A stretch of 64,000 nt of DNA, from positions 9,114,001 to 9,178,000 of the forward strand of contig CATNEN010000001.1 of assembly GCA_950097015.1 (NCBI GenBank). The letters are read 5' to 3'. Each line of letters opens with the position of its first letter. Within the stretch, counting starts at the first letter, position 1. Made by a program: the position numbers and the translations under genes. Below the pieces are notes generated by a model. It searched no databases and was not told the DNA's origin. It was given only the letters and a program-made list of their open reading frames with translations. This DNA comes from Macrostomum hystrix (Eukaryota > Animalia > Platyhelminthes). Of the stretch, positions 45,656-59,800 are shown piece after piece.

Positions 45656-47014
45656 GAACATTTGAAAAAAATCTTTAAATTATACATTTTCTAAACGATA
45701 GGCTTACATTTCGAATACAATACAAATATTCGATCGCTGGTTTTACTCAGGCAGTTTGATGAGAAGCAAATCATTAAAAAACGTTGCTTAATTCGCATAA
45801 ATAGTAATCAATAATCTAACAGACGCCTGTCCTGGTAACTCTGCTGCTGCTGCTGCTGCTGCTGCTTCTGCCTATAAAGCTGCAGTCGGCTATGATGTTG
45901 AACTGGCTGAAAGGCGTGGCCAGCTCTGTGAGATCTCCGGTCCTCCATGAAGCCGGGATTCGGACTAAAAAAACAAGAAAACTTGAACTTACCCGTTGGA
46001 GTTTGTGTCGAGTTGAATAAAATGATCTAGATATCAGAAAATTTTTCACATGCTTGCCCAAATTTTAAACTAAACTAGCTTCAATAATAACAAAGTTCAT
46101 CGGGCACGTTTTTCGAGAATTTTTTCATTCCAGGATTACTCACAAACGACTGAGCAGTCACGATTTTCATTCGGCTTCTGCTATCAGATGTCGTTTTTAA
46201 AGTGTCGAAAATCAGTAGAAACAGTGACAATCAACATAAAAATGACAGACGGATAGTATGACATACTAGGTTTATCGACAAAAGAAATCACGCAATTATA
46301 ATTTTGTTAAAATAAGCAATAATTTTAAAAGTACATTTGGTTGATAGTTGATTTTCCGATAAAGCTTTCACAGAAATTTAAGTCTCTGTTAAAGTGCCAC
46401 ACCCAACGCTGCAGGTAAACCGATTGGCAGCATTGGAGAGCTTAATGGAGGTTCCGTTGAAAAAGAGGGAATTACAAGTCATTTTCGATCCATTAAATTC
46501 CTGAAGCATTAATTTCGTGACAGGGACGAGACATGAAATCTAACAATATCACTGACTGGCATTTTCTCCTCATCAGGAGGAATCTATAGTTGAATCGAAT
46601 TCATTATTGCAACGGTCTTAGAAACCGATACTTTCAATTTGCACGAAGCATAATTTTTTTTTATGCTCAAACGGACAATCAGTTAAAGCTTTTGATCTTG
46701 GCTCTATATTGAAATTTATCAAATGAAAACATCTAAATGGTTCGTTTCCTAGTAAGCCTATACGATTTTAAAAGGGCTAGTGTCACGCTATTATGCAGTT
46801 AGAATTTAATAATAGTAGCTTATGGATTTCCGAAGTAATTCACCGAAGCAATGGTTGCTAGGCAAAGTTATTCAAAAAAATGTCTAAACTGACCTTAGGC
46901 CTTCAAAAAACCGCCAATTAATCGACGCATAATCAAATATACCAGTCCATGGATGTTGTGTTATGAGAGTTTAACTAGTCAATCGATTAAGAATCTCATT
47001 ATTTTTATTAAGAA

Positions 47015-47200
47015 TGAGCACACACTCACACAGGTGTGTACATCTGCCCTGAATTTATCATCGTCAGGCAGTGGTGTTCACTCTCACTGTACCTTGGAGG
47101 TTAGTCCTCTCGAGTGTACATTGCACGACAAGCCCTCAAGCCTTCTTTTCGCGGCTGCGCGCCAAATTAATGTGGCCTCGCCGTGGAATCGAGCCCGGGA
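47015..47200 (-). mobile_element. SINE family B
   Basis: GGTGTGTACATCTGCCC…CATCGTCAGGCAGTG…AATGTGGCCTCGCCG matches family B. Confidence 0.8.
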
Positions 47201-47396
47201 CCCTGCCAATAGACGACTCTGCGAATCTGCCACTCATTCATTCTAAGGTAGAGTAAATGAATTGATACAAACTACATGAATATGTATGGACTGAAAGCAA
47301 AATGAATCTAAATTGATGCACGATTTATACACAAAAATCGATACCACGACGCATTGATAGTGCGATAACAACGGCGCAAGCGCTTTCCTCACTTAC

Positions 47397-48701
47397 CGAT
47401 CAGCATCGGCGCCTTCCCAGTAGAGAGCAGCTGTTCCCTGATCCTTCACGGCTCTAATACCCTCGGCTTCCCGCTTGAGTAATCTCATGCGCTCGTCCCA
47501 CAGGCGATCAATCTCCATGCGAAGTGTCTCAATACGACTGTCGCGCTCCTCGATCTCGTGTCGCATCCTGCCACGAGAGTAGCCACCAACTTCGCCGCGT
47601 TGGAAACCGTCGCGACCATCGCCCAAGTTAGTCTCCATCATCTCGGCCAGATCGTGGAAGTAACCTCCGGGCCGCTTCTCCATGAGGTTGCGCGGTCCGG
47701 CGTAGTCTTCGCTGTCGTACCACGGTCGTCTGGTAGTCGCCAATTCGCGACGCTTCCTCGCCGAAGAATCGATGGCATCAACGCTGCGAGCTAGATCTAG
47801 CGGTGAGAGATCGTAGTCTGGCGGTGGGTAGTCGTCGTAGCTATTCGGCGGTGCAGCGAAGGTCTAGATACGTGCAACGAGTTAAATATAGACTATGTAC
47901 AATACATGTATTTCCATAGTTTATGAAATGCTTCGCCTTACCATCAGTTCAGCAGTCCGAGCTAATTTTGTAGCTTTTTTTAACAAATATTTTTTGTAAA
48001 GTTTAAGTAGGTTAATGCTTAGCTCAATTTCTCTAACATACGAGTTAACGTAGGAGTGTATTAAAAAATTAGCATAAGAGCATGTCCCGTTATTTTTTAC
48101 GTTCCTATTAACACAGTACGTAGTAAAAACAAAAAAATCAATAGAGGCCAGGTGGCCTTTTCGATGCTTGAAAGTCCCACAACAACGTCGTGTGACATGT
48201 ACTCCAAAAGTACGTCAGGTCATTTAAAAGTACAAAATTACTCACCTGCTGCTGCCTGGGTTGTTGCTGGTATCGCTGCTGCTGCATTTGAGGTGATTGG
48301 CTGTATCCGCGACCCCGCCCGCCGCTGCTATTTCCACCGCCGAGTCCCGTCTCCTCAAAGAACACATCGTCGCTTAGCTGCGACTGGGTTTCAAATGTAA
48401 CCATCGCATTGTTGTTGTGGTGGTGGTTGCCACGAAGCATTGCGGAGCCTCCGTTGACCAGCTGCTGCTGCGGTGCCGGCTGGTAGACGGACGCAGCGGC
48501 GGCTGCTTGCCTCTCGCGAAGCCATGCGGGCTCAGGCAGGGCCGCCCTGGTTGGGGTCATGCGCCGCTGGGTCGATGGCAGCGATCGCCAGGGGTGCCTG
48601 TCGGCTACGTGGGTGCGCAGGCCGATTTCGGTGACAAAGTAGCGCTTGGGTGCGCAGATCGGGCACTCGAAAACCTGCATTCTGGCGGCGGAGTCGGACA
48701 T
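47397..48701 (-). CDS. Unknown protein with an N-terminal C2H2-like zinc finger, Q-rich region and coiled coil; exons 48246-48701 and 47397-47863 (terminal exon uncertain, ~46480-46500 or ~45809-45964)
   Basis: FECPICAPKRYFVTEIGLRTHVADRHP; RHEIEERDSRIETLRMEIDRLWDERMRL; canonical splice sites in phase; 5'UTR intron acceptor ~48732 and donor ~48899. Confidence 0.7.
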
Positions 48702-49499
48702 TGTAGGATTATTCTGGTGTCTGGTAATAATCTGTAGATTCTGTAGACTCAGTCCGTGTCGCGTGCTAAATCAGTCTCCACCCACACGTTACCGAAAGTT
48801 CAAGTTATATATTTATTAAGGCGCAGACGTAAAATTGGGAGGCGTGCTAACGAGTAAATATTTGACTGAAATGTACGCCTAGTTCTGGGAAGAACTTACC
48901 TCCCAGCAGAGCGGTAAGCTCTTGTTTTCTGCTTGGATTTCTGTTTTTTTACAACGATTGAGTTCTTGAAGCCTAATTTCACAGCTGTTCCAGATTTCAC
49001 AGGGACCAAATCTGTTTGACTCTTTACTGAAAGAAGTTATCCGACAATACACTCGAGGTAGAACTGGTTCTCGGCGCAGTAGAGTCTAACTCAACTTAAG
49101 TATAGGGAATCGGTTAGCACGGAGGGACGTAGCACGGGAGCAGAAGCGAGAGTATGACAGGAAACTAATCGATACGGCGGTTGTTGGGGCAATGCACATT
49201 GCTCCCATGTGCACTCCTTGCATGCAGCTTTCATTCTCGATCAGAAATATAATTTCTATTCCTCGTAGTGAATTTGGGAATTAGCAATGATATACAGCCC
49301 TAGCATTGCATTAGCATTATCGAGGCAGTGGCCTTAGTTAAGGACTATTGCTCGTAACTGATCGTAAAAGCGAACTATACTCGTAGAGAGACTTTCAAAT
49401 ACTCAGATATGTCTGGCCATATGCTCTTATTATTGAGCTTCTAAACCAAATGCTTCTTCTTTTTTAGAAAGTGTTTACTTTACAGAAGGAAAAGCGGGA

Positions 49500-50130
49500 G
49501 GCATTTCAAATACCTAAAATTTTCCCTTTTTCTGTGTCTTCTAAAATATTCAACCGATCGCCATAAAAATCCAAAACACAGGCTTACATTTTCTGCTCTA
49601 TTCGATGAATCAGCTTCCAGAATCACAAAACATCGGCATCGTCGAGATGTTCAACGATTCTCGTCGGGTGTCTGTTTGCAAGAAACACCAATATAGGGAT
49701 TGTTTTTCTGAGAGGTTGTAGCCTAGTGGTTAAGGCGTCGGACTCACGACTTGAAGGTCGGGGGATCGATTCCCGACTCACTGGAACAATTTATGTCCTT
49801 AAGCAAGACACTTAACTCTGCATTGCTTCAGTTCACCCAGCTGTTAAATGGGTACCAGCATCAGCTGGGATAATTGAAGGTGGGTGTGGCGTCCCCCCAG
49901 TCCATGGACTGAACAGCCGTACGCAGCCTTCAGATGCGCCGCGCATTAGCTGCGGCTGTGCTATCGGCTGCACATCTGACCCAATTGGGGCAGGTGTAAT
50001 CAATTATTATTATTATTATTATTTTCTGACCACAAATTGTCATCAAGTAACCATGTTGGCGATGATTTTTAATTAAATTGTATTGATTGAACCAATATGG
50101 ATTCGCCATAGATTTTACACGGAGAAATGT
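49500..50130 (-). mobile_element. Family D copy interrupted by a SINE A insertion
   Basis: Both flanks match the reverse complement of 36230-36545. Confidence 0.65.
49712..50021 (+). mobile_element. Full-length tRNA-derived SINE, family A, with (ATT)n tail and TSD TTTTCTGA
   Basis: A-box TAGCCTAGTGG, anticodon-like loop CTCACGA, B-box GGATCGATTCC, central CCTTAAGCAAGACACTTAACTC…CACCCAGCTGTTAAATGGGTACC block; TSD at 49704-49711 and 50022-50029. Confidence 0.92.
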
Positions 50131-50856
50131 TTGTTTTACCGTTCAGCACGTCAACAGAAATCAGTTACAAATTACAACTTTGAGCGCTTACACATTCGTT
50201 GCAACGCAAAGATTGGAAATAAGTTGTGCTTGCGTTTTGGCCTAACTTTCATCGTCACAAATTGTTCGTGTATTTAAAAATAATTAATTTAATCCAATAT
50301 GACAATAAAAAACTGAATTTCAACATTGAAGAACAGAAAATTTTAATAGGTGAATGTGAAAAATCGAGTAGAAAAACTGTGGAATCTGTTTCTTAAAGGG
50401 ATTTTTTAGTTCCTAATGCTAATTAAAACTTCCTTTACTTTCTTTATACCTGCTTATTATTGAGCCTTACAATTAAAGCACGTAGTAGATATATTGTTGA
50501 AACATAAAAATCGTGACAATATAAACAAGCAAGGCAAATGAAACAAACATCAAATTTCCATTTTTCCCTAGCAACCGAAAATTTCATAACAGGAGAGACT
50601 GAGACGTACCTGATACTTTTTTGTCTTCGTTTCCGTCTTGGCTTTGATTTTTGAAGTGTAATTTTTGTCTAATTATCTGTCATTTTTAACAATTGTTCTT
50701 CTTTCTACCTCGTAGAATATAAAGTTCAAAATCTCCCGTTTGAAAATTTCAGGTCTGGTTGAACTGGCAGAGAGAATTAATCAGTACACGCAAAAGTAAA
50801 AAAAATATTATAAATAATAAAAGTACATCTTCGGGGTCAAGACAACAGCGGCAGTT

Positions 50857-53800
50857 CTAGTCGGTCTTCTCGCACAGCAACGCTGCGCCCATGTTGATCC
50901 AGAAGTCCTGTGGCTTGTTGCTAGGCAACGGGACTGACACCACAAAGTTTGTGGAGTGACCTGCGGAGTTCAAGTATTCAGTAATATAGCTTATTTTCAG
51001 CTATCGCTACTATAAGTAGAACAGTTCTGACAGAAAAATTCTGTGTAAAATGACTAACCAGTTGTGCTGAGCACACCAGCGCGAACTTTGGTCTTGTAGA
51101 GAGGCGCGATGTAGTGCGTCGGGTCGGGCTGGAAGTCCATCTTTGGCTGCATGTGCATCATTGGCAGTACATCCAGCATAACGTTGTAATGGGACAGGGC
51201 GGCCTGTTGATTTTGAAGAATTAAATAGAATTAGAACATAAGAAACGACATCTAGCCCGGTTTGGAGCAGGTGTAAAGCCAGTGGCCCAGCCGCAGCTAT
51301 TGTGTGGCCCTTTCAAAGGCCGTTCAGTCCATGGACTGGGGAGGCCGTTACTTCCACTTAATTGTTTACCCCAGCTAAATCTGATACCCTTTTTACAACT
51401 TGGCGAACTGAAGCAATGCAAAATCTTCTCTTGCTAAAGGACCTACTAAACATGCTATAATTATAACTCCCAGCGTCTCAATTAGAAGTCCGAAGCTCTA
51501 GCCCAGGTATAGGCAAGCTTATTAGCGTGCGGGACATGGAGAGGACCTAAAAGACGAAAGCAGGCCGCATTGACTGTTGGAATATGGGAAATGAGATAAA
51601 TAAGACACAGGAGAGATGAGACACGGGAGAGATAAGACAGAGAAGAGATGAGAAAGGGGAGAGATGAGACCGGAAGGGGCAACGGGCCGGATTTGGGAGC
51701 TTCGATGGCCGCATCTGGGAATAAACAGTTTCTATTTTTTTGTTGCTATGGGAAGTCTCTAGCTTAGAGACGTTCTTTTCGCTGCCTCCCCGAGCTTTTT
51801 AAAAACATTTTTATCAAGCCTGATCGTCTATTTTTACCTGCATGGTCTCGCTGTCGAATCTGAAACCGTCTGTGAACAAGCCGTGCACCAGGACGCCGTC
51901 CTCTGGCCTGTCGACCTCCTTGTCCTGCGGAATCTCTTCGCCGAATCCGACGCTCTGCATGGCGCGATTGACCTCCTCCTGGTCGCGATAGTTCGGCTTT
52001 ACAATGAACTCAAACGACAGGTGATCGATGGGATAGTTGTACTTTCTGGCGTAGTTCTGCAGGGTGCCGGTCAGGAAGCCCTGCGGGAAGAAGAACCCGG
52101 GCAGCCAGAAGGACTTCGGCATGCCCTGGGTCAGCCAGTAGTGAACGAACCAGCACCGTAGGATGAGATCCTTGATCCAGTTGGACAGGGTTTTCAGGCT
52201 AGGATAGGCCACGTTGCTCCACAACTTTGGCACCTGGTTGTTAAGGAAGGCCGTATAGACAGAGTCCAACTCTTCGGACATCACCACGAAACCCTTGATG
52301 GCCTTCTTCAGCTGCTCCAGCGAGGTCTGGTTGTGGAAATTTATGATTGGCATTATAACTTTAAGCTTCGAAAATGAAGGCTTTGATCTGCTTCAAACTC
52401 ACCCGAATGACTGTTAAAAGCCGATTGTATCTGTCGATCTCCTGTGTGAGCACCGTTGTCAGCGAGTTCAGCCGACCCTGCGAGTCCTCTTCGAAGAGCT
52501 CCGGCCTGGCCTGCTCCAGGTCGATCTTGGTCATGATCTTGTCCAAGATGCTGTCGGCTAGCTCGAAGACGATCTCGTCGTTGGACTTGCCACCGCCGCC
52601 GCTGGCCACGCGGGGCTGAATCTCGAGGATCACTTCTACCATCGAGCGAGTCTCTTGGATCTGTTTTATTGATGGCTTTTTTAGTTATCATTTTGTTCTT
52701 TAGATCTAGAAAATATAGTTAAAAACTCACCTGGTAAGCCAAGTTGGCATTCGAATGAAGGCCGAAAATTTCGGGATCCTCAATCAGAGGCAGTTGGTCC
52801 ACATAGTCTTTGTAGTCCTGCAGCAGGGGCAGATCGGGCGGGTAATACACACCGGAGGGCGAGTACTTGTAGCCAGGATCGAGCGTTTTGGGATGGAAGA
52901 ACTGTGTGAGGATGGTTCTCAGGCAGCGCTGATCCCAGTTGTCAGTCACTCGGCCTCCGTAGGTAATCTGTTCGGTGTGTTCATGGTCGATGAATTTTGA
53001 GCTTAATGTTCATGCTGTTTCAAACTCAAATAAGCTGCTTACCTCTCCGGTGATGTAGATCAGTGCATCCCACGGTATCTCGCCTCCGCCGCAGAACATC
53101 TTGAGATTGAGCAGTGCGCACTGCCTGTCAGAGTCGTTGAACTCGTAGCGAATGTTCCAGCCCAACGGGCCGAACTTCTTTCGCTCCAAGATGATGCCGT
53201 GGAAGAGGCAGACGCCGAACACAATCTTCTTCCAGTCGGTGCCCAGAATGTTGGTCTCAAATTCTTCGGGACTCATTTCTGCGAATGCTCGCTTGATGTT
53301 GTTTCTGAGTCCTTTGGGCGGCTCGTTAGTTACCTTGACTGAGTTCTGCAGCACTGAGACTGGGAACGCCTTGGCAGGCATTGAGCTCAGGAACAAGCGG
53401 AACTCCTGGTTGATGTCCTCAGGCTTCTCGGCCATGTTCTTCACAATGTTCTCTAGCGACAACATCCAGGACGCCGCAAGGTGGCAGTTCTGTAGGAAGA
53501 CCCAATCTCCAGACTTGACTGCAGCGCTGATCAGCTTCTCGGCCACCACGCCCTGGCCTTGACCGAGCGAGATCGCGTGATATCGATCGTCGAAGTTCTT
53601 TTCCTTGGCAAAACGCTGGAATGTGTTCATGGGATCTGAGCCGGTGCTGAGTACAAACACCAGGGGTGTAGTCTTCGACATGTCAGAGTACAGGAGGTTC
53701 AACTCGATAGACGGTGCCTCAACGAACTCCTTGCCGAGATTCTCCTTCACGAACTCTGTGATTGCTGGTACAACTTTCTGCTCCTGCAGCACCTTGATGA

Positions 53801-56800
53801 GCATCAGTTTTTGGAAGCTGGTGAGTCGCTTGTTCCAGTGGCCGCTGAAACGCTGGGCCACTTCTGGATCGTCTCCTCGAGACTTCTGGATGTCAGCATC
53901 CGACGGTTCGGCCGGAGTCGGACCGAAGCCGCTATAATCTGTCGGGTTGCCTTCGCCGGTGACTTCGCCGATGGTCACGCGCACGGGGGTTTTCAGCAGA
54001 TCGGCCGTCAGGCTCCTGAAGATTGGGCTGAAGTCAGCTAGGTCAACAACATTGCGCCACACCGGATCGGTCATCCAGGTGATCTCCGCCGGACGCTCGG
54101 GTCGCTTTTTCTCCATGCCACCAGCTCCTCGGAGGAAGAAGTTCCATTCTTCGATGCTGATGATTTTGGACTGCTTGAGAATCTCGATGCACAGCAGGAA
54201 GCTGAAAACGAGCTTGTCCTTTTCGAAGATGCCGCGTGCCACGTTATTGTAAGTTGCGTTGGTCGTGGCGTTCAGCATGATTTGAATGCGCTGCTCCAGG
54301 TTGTCGGACTTCTCGCTGGCTTCGATTGTGTTGTTAAAGAGCGTCTTGAAGTACTTCAACGAGAACTGATACATCGGGTCGATCTCGGCCATGTTGGCCA
54401 CCACAAAGTACATACAAGAGCCGCGCTCGGCGACAGGGATGTACTTTGACCGCGCTGCGCTGATCTTCTGCTCAGTAACTTCCGCCTCTGCCAGCTTCTT
54501 TGTCGTCTCGGCAGATGTAATCTTGGAGTCATTCAGCGTCTTAATTAGCTCTTCATTGTCAAGGATGTTGCCCTCTGACTCGTAGAGCATCTTGAGGATG
54601 TTGTCCTCAATGGCCTTCAGTTTGGCACGCTCGTTGTTGATCTTTAGAATAAGCTCATTTCGCTGCTTCTCCAGGTCTGGCCTCTCTAGACGCGTCACCT
54701 CGCTCAGCAGCTGATCCTCGAGACCTCGTGGCGTGACAGTGAAGTTGATTATGGTCACCTTGATGCACACCTCTGGCAGATAGTGCGGATTCGACAACTT
54801 GCTGGTCATGTAGAAGGCAAAGTTCTTGTCATACTCTACATCCTTGTCACCGAGACGGATCAGAAGCCGACCGCCGGAACTGTAGGTCTGCTTAAGAAGC
54901 ACAGGCTCGAGTGCTGCGTCTAGACTCTCGCCGACGTCCTCGCACAGGACGGGCATGCCAAGCCGGATGGCATTTTCTAGGGTGCGCAGGAAGTTCGGAT
55001 CGGTGAGCTTGATCATCTGCAGTCCGTTGCGCGACTCCTTGTTCTTGATCCAGCGGTTCGCCTGCTCCTGCGGGTCGATCATGAGCGGCCAGCGACGGCC
55101 GCGCGTCACCAGGATGGCGTTCTCCGTTGAAACCTGGTCTCTGGGCAGGCCGTCGGCGTTCCACTGACGCAGAGTGTATGGATTGCCAAGCACATTAAAC
55201 AATGTCACGTTCTCCGAGGTTGGAATTTTCAGCTCGAGACAGCGGCTGACCCACATGTTGACCAGCTCGGCTCGGTACTCGGAGGTGAATGCGCCATAGT
55301 AAGCCACGCAGGCAGCGGCAATGAAAACATTTCCAACGACGTCGCCGATCTCCTTGTTGAAATTCTCGACGGTCACCTCCCAGCGATCCTTCTCGTCTGC
55401 CAGGGCAGTGGTGAGTTTTCCAGCCCGCTTCAGTCGGGCAGCAGTCAGTGCGAGCTCGTGCTCCAGCGCCTTCTTCTCGCCGACTGTGTCGTCAAACTTC
55501 TTCTGCAGGGTGGCGATTTTGTCCTCCACCTCCTGCAGCTGGGCCTGCTTCTGACGAAGGGTGCTCATCACGACGTTCAGCTCAGCATTGGCGGCCTCCA
55601 GCCTGGAATGAGAGTTATTTATTTATTTATACATTTCAAAGAAAGAAGCTGTTCGATGGTTGTAAGCAAGTCCGCTCATAATACGAGCGTACTTACTTCT
55701 TTTTCTTGGGCTCCACCGTCCTGAACACTTTGGCGTACATGTCCATGGCCCTGACCCACATGCACATGGACTTGCAGGCCTTGGATACTTTCTCGACATT
55801 GGCTGGCGTGAACTCCGGATTGTCCATGTACTTTTTGAGTCCGGTGAGCATCTTGTTGCTGATTTCGTCTTTTGGATAGTCCATCAGTCGGCGCAGGAAG
55901 TTGGTGTCTCCAAGGAGCTGCTTGGCGGCTGCCCAGTCAGTTCTAAAGATAAATAAAAGTTAGATCAAGGTCGATTATTTTTACTATTTGAGATTGCGAT
56001 TCGCGTATCTCGTATTGTGCGAACTTACTTTGAGCCGAGCAGCAGACAAACGGCCTCCATAACTGTCTGTACCAGAGGCGGTGGGCTAGTGAACACTCGA
56101 ATTTCAGCGATGTCATTCTTGTCGAGCGAGTTCAAGGCCTTCACGGCGGCCTCAAGCGCGGGCAGAGCTTCGTCCAGATCCTTCTGAGCGTCCTGCTGAA
56201 TGGCCTCCGTCTCCATGGCCTTCACCTTGGCTACAGCTTCGTCTTCTTTGACCTTCGAACGGACAACATCCGCTTTCTCCTGATCGGCAGTCAGAACCTC
56301 CATCAGGGCTTCGACATCCTTCTGTTTCTGCTCCAGCTTTGGTCGCATCTCGGTTAGAGCAACCTCCATGGTGCTGACGAGCTGGTTGGTCTCCAACAGC
56401 TTCAGCAGACCGTTCTTGACACGATCACGTCCACCGGTGAGTTCCCTAAGAATTATAAATTTTCCCGCGTTTCACAATATTGAGCTTATTAGTTACCTCT
56501 AACGGAGGTTAGAGGTTTGAGACTATGAACGTAGAGATCGGGGGTTCAAATCTCATCCGATGGGAAAACACCTTGAGCAAATCCTTGAGCAAGACGCTTT
56601 GTATTATTATTATTAATCATAATTTCAGGAGGGCTGTGGGCAATGGTGCATCATTTTGATGACACTAGACATGCAGTCAGCAAGAAGGCAATTCTGCCCA
56701 TTTTGCTGACTCCAGAGCACACACGTATACAGATACTGTACGCAGGCATACGCTCACACAGAGGTGTATACATCTATCCTGACTTTCTCATCGTCAGGCA

Positions 56801-59800
56801 GTGTACACTTTCACTTTGCCTGTTGTTAGAGGCAAACGCGTTAACCGCTCTGCCACCGACCCCCGAGCAAGACGCTTAACTTGTCGTTTCTTTAGTACAA
56901 GCAGTTGTATAATGGGTTACGAAGATGAGCCAATCGGATTAATGTCATTTCTACTCATAAAAATAAACTTCATCAAGATTCTGCAATATATTGACAAAGA
57001 ACAAGAATAACGCACTTCTTCTTAGCAGCCAGCATTGATAGGTAGAGATTAATTAGCTCCAGGTAGCTAGTCGGAGTGGTGTAAAACTTGCGCTTCAGTT
57101 CATTGTAGAATCGTTCTGCCATGTCCGTGACGCTGGTGTGAATGATTACGCACATTTCTGAGAGCTTGATCTGAAATACAAGGTCAATGAGTACAATTCG
57201 GTTCATTAATGTGAAAATCTGCGCCAATTCATAAAGGTAAATTATGAATAGGCATTTTTTCATTTCAATTAACGATTTTGGTTTCAAAGTATCATACAAA
57301 GCGGGAAGTTTCAATGATATATAAATCACGTCGAAAAAATTAAACTTATATTCATTAATAGCATCTGCTTCATGGCTTTGGGATTGCAAAAGCAGCATAT
57401 GCAATTTCATAAAAGTCTTTTAGATTTGGTTCTTAACTTCGAGAAAAAAACTCAGGGCAAAAGTTGTCTAAAAATCAATACCAAAAGCGATTTGAAAAGC
57501 AGTATTCAGAGAAACGGGAACCACACCATGCCATAAACGTCTGCGCTGTGACACCCGATTATCCGCTCTCAAGAGGATCTCTCTTGACAGAGAATATACT
57601 CACCAGGTAAGCTGGTCCCAATGATTCCTGGAATATTTTCTGAGACCGAATGCGTACAAAGTGAACTGCTTAGTTTTTTATTTTTATTTTTGTGCGCAGA
57701 GTGCATAAAAACAATCGTAATTTAATCATCCTTTCTTAAAACACGGCCTTACCTTCAACTCGTCGTCTCCAACGTCGGCAGAGCTGAAGAAGCTCTTCGC
57801 CACACTCATGAGAGCCTCTCGTGGCCACTCGGTGAACCAGTCGATGGTGCAGCAGTTCACTAGGCTGGGGAACATGCGGCAGCGCGAGCGGAACGCGTTG
57901 CCAACCGGCGACATGCAGAGCACGACGTGCAGATTGTTGCGCACCCGATTGATGCAGAAGTCGTAGATGGCGTCGCGATTACCCTCGGCTATGCCAAGGT
58001 CCTTGGCGGCTGGACGGCAGCCGATGATGAGTCGCTCCTTCTCGTCGGCTTCGAATAGATTCGGCACTTCGCCGGAGTTCAGAATATTATTGATATCTTC
58101 GAGGAATTCCTCGACGACAATCTGAGTGTCAGTGAAGAGGAAAACTGTATGTCGGTTCTCAACACCGGCCAAGGTGTACAGCTGTTTGATGTCCTCTCGG
58201 AAGTCTTTGTAGCCGTAGCCGCGGCTGAGCTCAATCTGGAAGCACTTGTAGCTGTTGATGTGAGCGGCCAGCCGCGTCAGAGACTGCTTGCCGGTGCCGC
58301 CAACGCCAACTAGCAGCGCGTTGCCGCGTTCCTGACGGATCATGCGAGCGATTCGCGTCACGTGCTCGATGGCGTCCATAAAGAATACTAGCTTCATCTC
58401 CTTGTTGGACACCATATTGTAGTCATCGAGGTACTGCAAAGGCGAATAAAATTTTATATATATTCTCTTCTTAACCCCTATATATACACGATTTCAGAAT
58501 AGACATTTCTAAAGCAAAAATATCACTTACATCGCCGAGAATTTGCTTCAGCTTGTTAATGTCCGTAAACTCTTCGTACAACCGGTCCGCCTTCTCGGCG
58601 CCCATCTTCATGAAGTCGCCAAACAGGATTGGCTTTTTAATGAAGCTCTCCGCTTCGATCTGTTCGCCAAAGTACTTTGAAGCCATCTCGCAGATGATCT
58701 GGTGGAAGAACATCTTGTCCTCGGCGTTGATCAGACGATCGTGAAATACTCGCTGGGTCTCGTGGCAGAACAGGCGAAACAGCTGGCCCTTGTCGCGCAC
58801 ACAGCCCGGGTCGGCTTGCAGAATGCCCTGCACGCACTTGGACAGATCGCGCAGGTTGAACACGTAGTGGCTCTTGGCCGGCGTCGGCAGCAGGTCAGTC
58901 GACATGCGGAAGTACAGTTCAACAGCGGAGCCAACAATAGCTTCACCCTGGCCACGGATGGATGGCGGGAAGTCTGCCAAGAAGCGCACCATGATGCTGC
59001 TGAACATGTGCTTCAGGGTGTACTCCGATGGCGGAGGCAGGCAGAACATGTTGAAGTGGCGAATCAAGCGGGGTGTGACGGGGTTTCGACCACCGCCAGG
59101 TGGAGCGCACGCGGCGCCCAGCAGCATGTCCTGCACGCTAATCCAGTAGAGCTTGTCGCGCTCGTAGAAGCCGCCAAAGTCCTGGAACTGGCGGAGCAGC
59201 TCGCACGGCGGCTGCGATCCGTAGGTGTCCAACTTCGGCATGTTTAGGTCGTCAACAAAGATGATGACCTTCTTGCCGGCTGGCGCGCCGAGAACATTCT
59301 TGCGCTTCTTCTCCAGCTTGTCCTCGATCATCTCCTGGGTTCGGTTGCTGCTGGTCTGAGCGGAGAAGTTAATGAAGACAGGTACATAGTTGGCTCGCTC
59401 GGCGATGCTGTTCAAATGACCCCTCGCGACCACAGATTTGCCAACACCTGTGCCACCGGTGAAGATCACCGAGCGCCCTAGAGCGAAAGATTTCTCCAGC
59501 AGGTAGCCGAATCGCACGGTATCCACGGTTGGTACCACCATCTCGAAGAACGGGATGTTCTTGTTGTAGCTGAAGGCTGGTATGATTTTCTCCCACAGAT
59601 CCATTCTCTTCGTGTCCATGTCGACATAGGAGCTCCACAGGTCGCCACTGTTGGGCAGACGAGCATCGCCATTGTCCTCAAACTGCTGGCGCACGAAATT
59701 GTCGATTGAATCCCAGTTGGCGTCGATTGTGTTGCCGCCGACGCCCCACAGGTAGGAGAAGACAAAGCTGGTGCAGACCAGCGGCTTCACCTTGTTCTCA

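Noticed and set aside
49712-49790. tRNA-Val(CAC)-like gene (and similar heads at 23580-23657, 27810-27885, 60378-60450)
   Set aside because: No paired acceptor stem; each continues into a shared SINE body with ATT tail and TSD.
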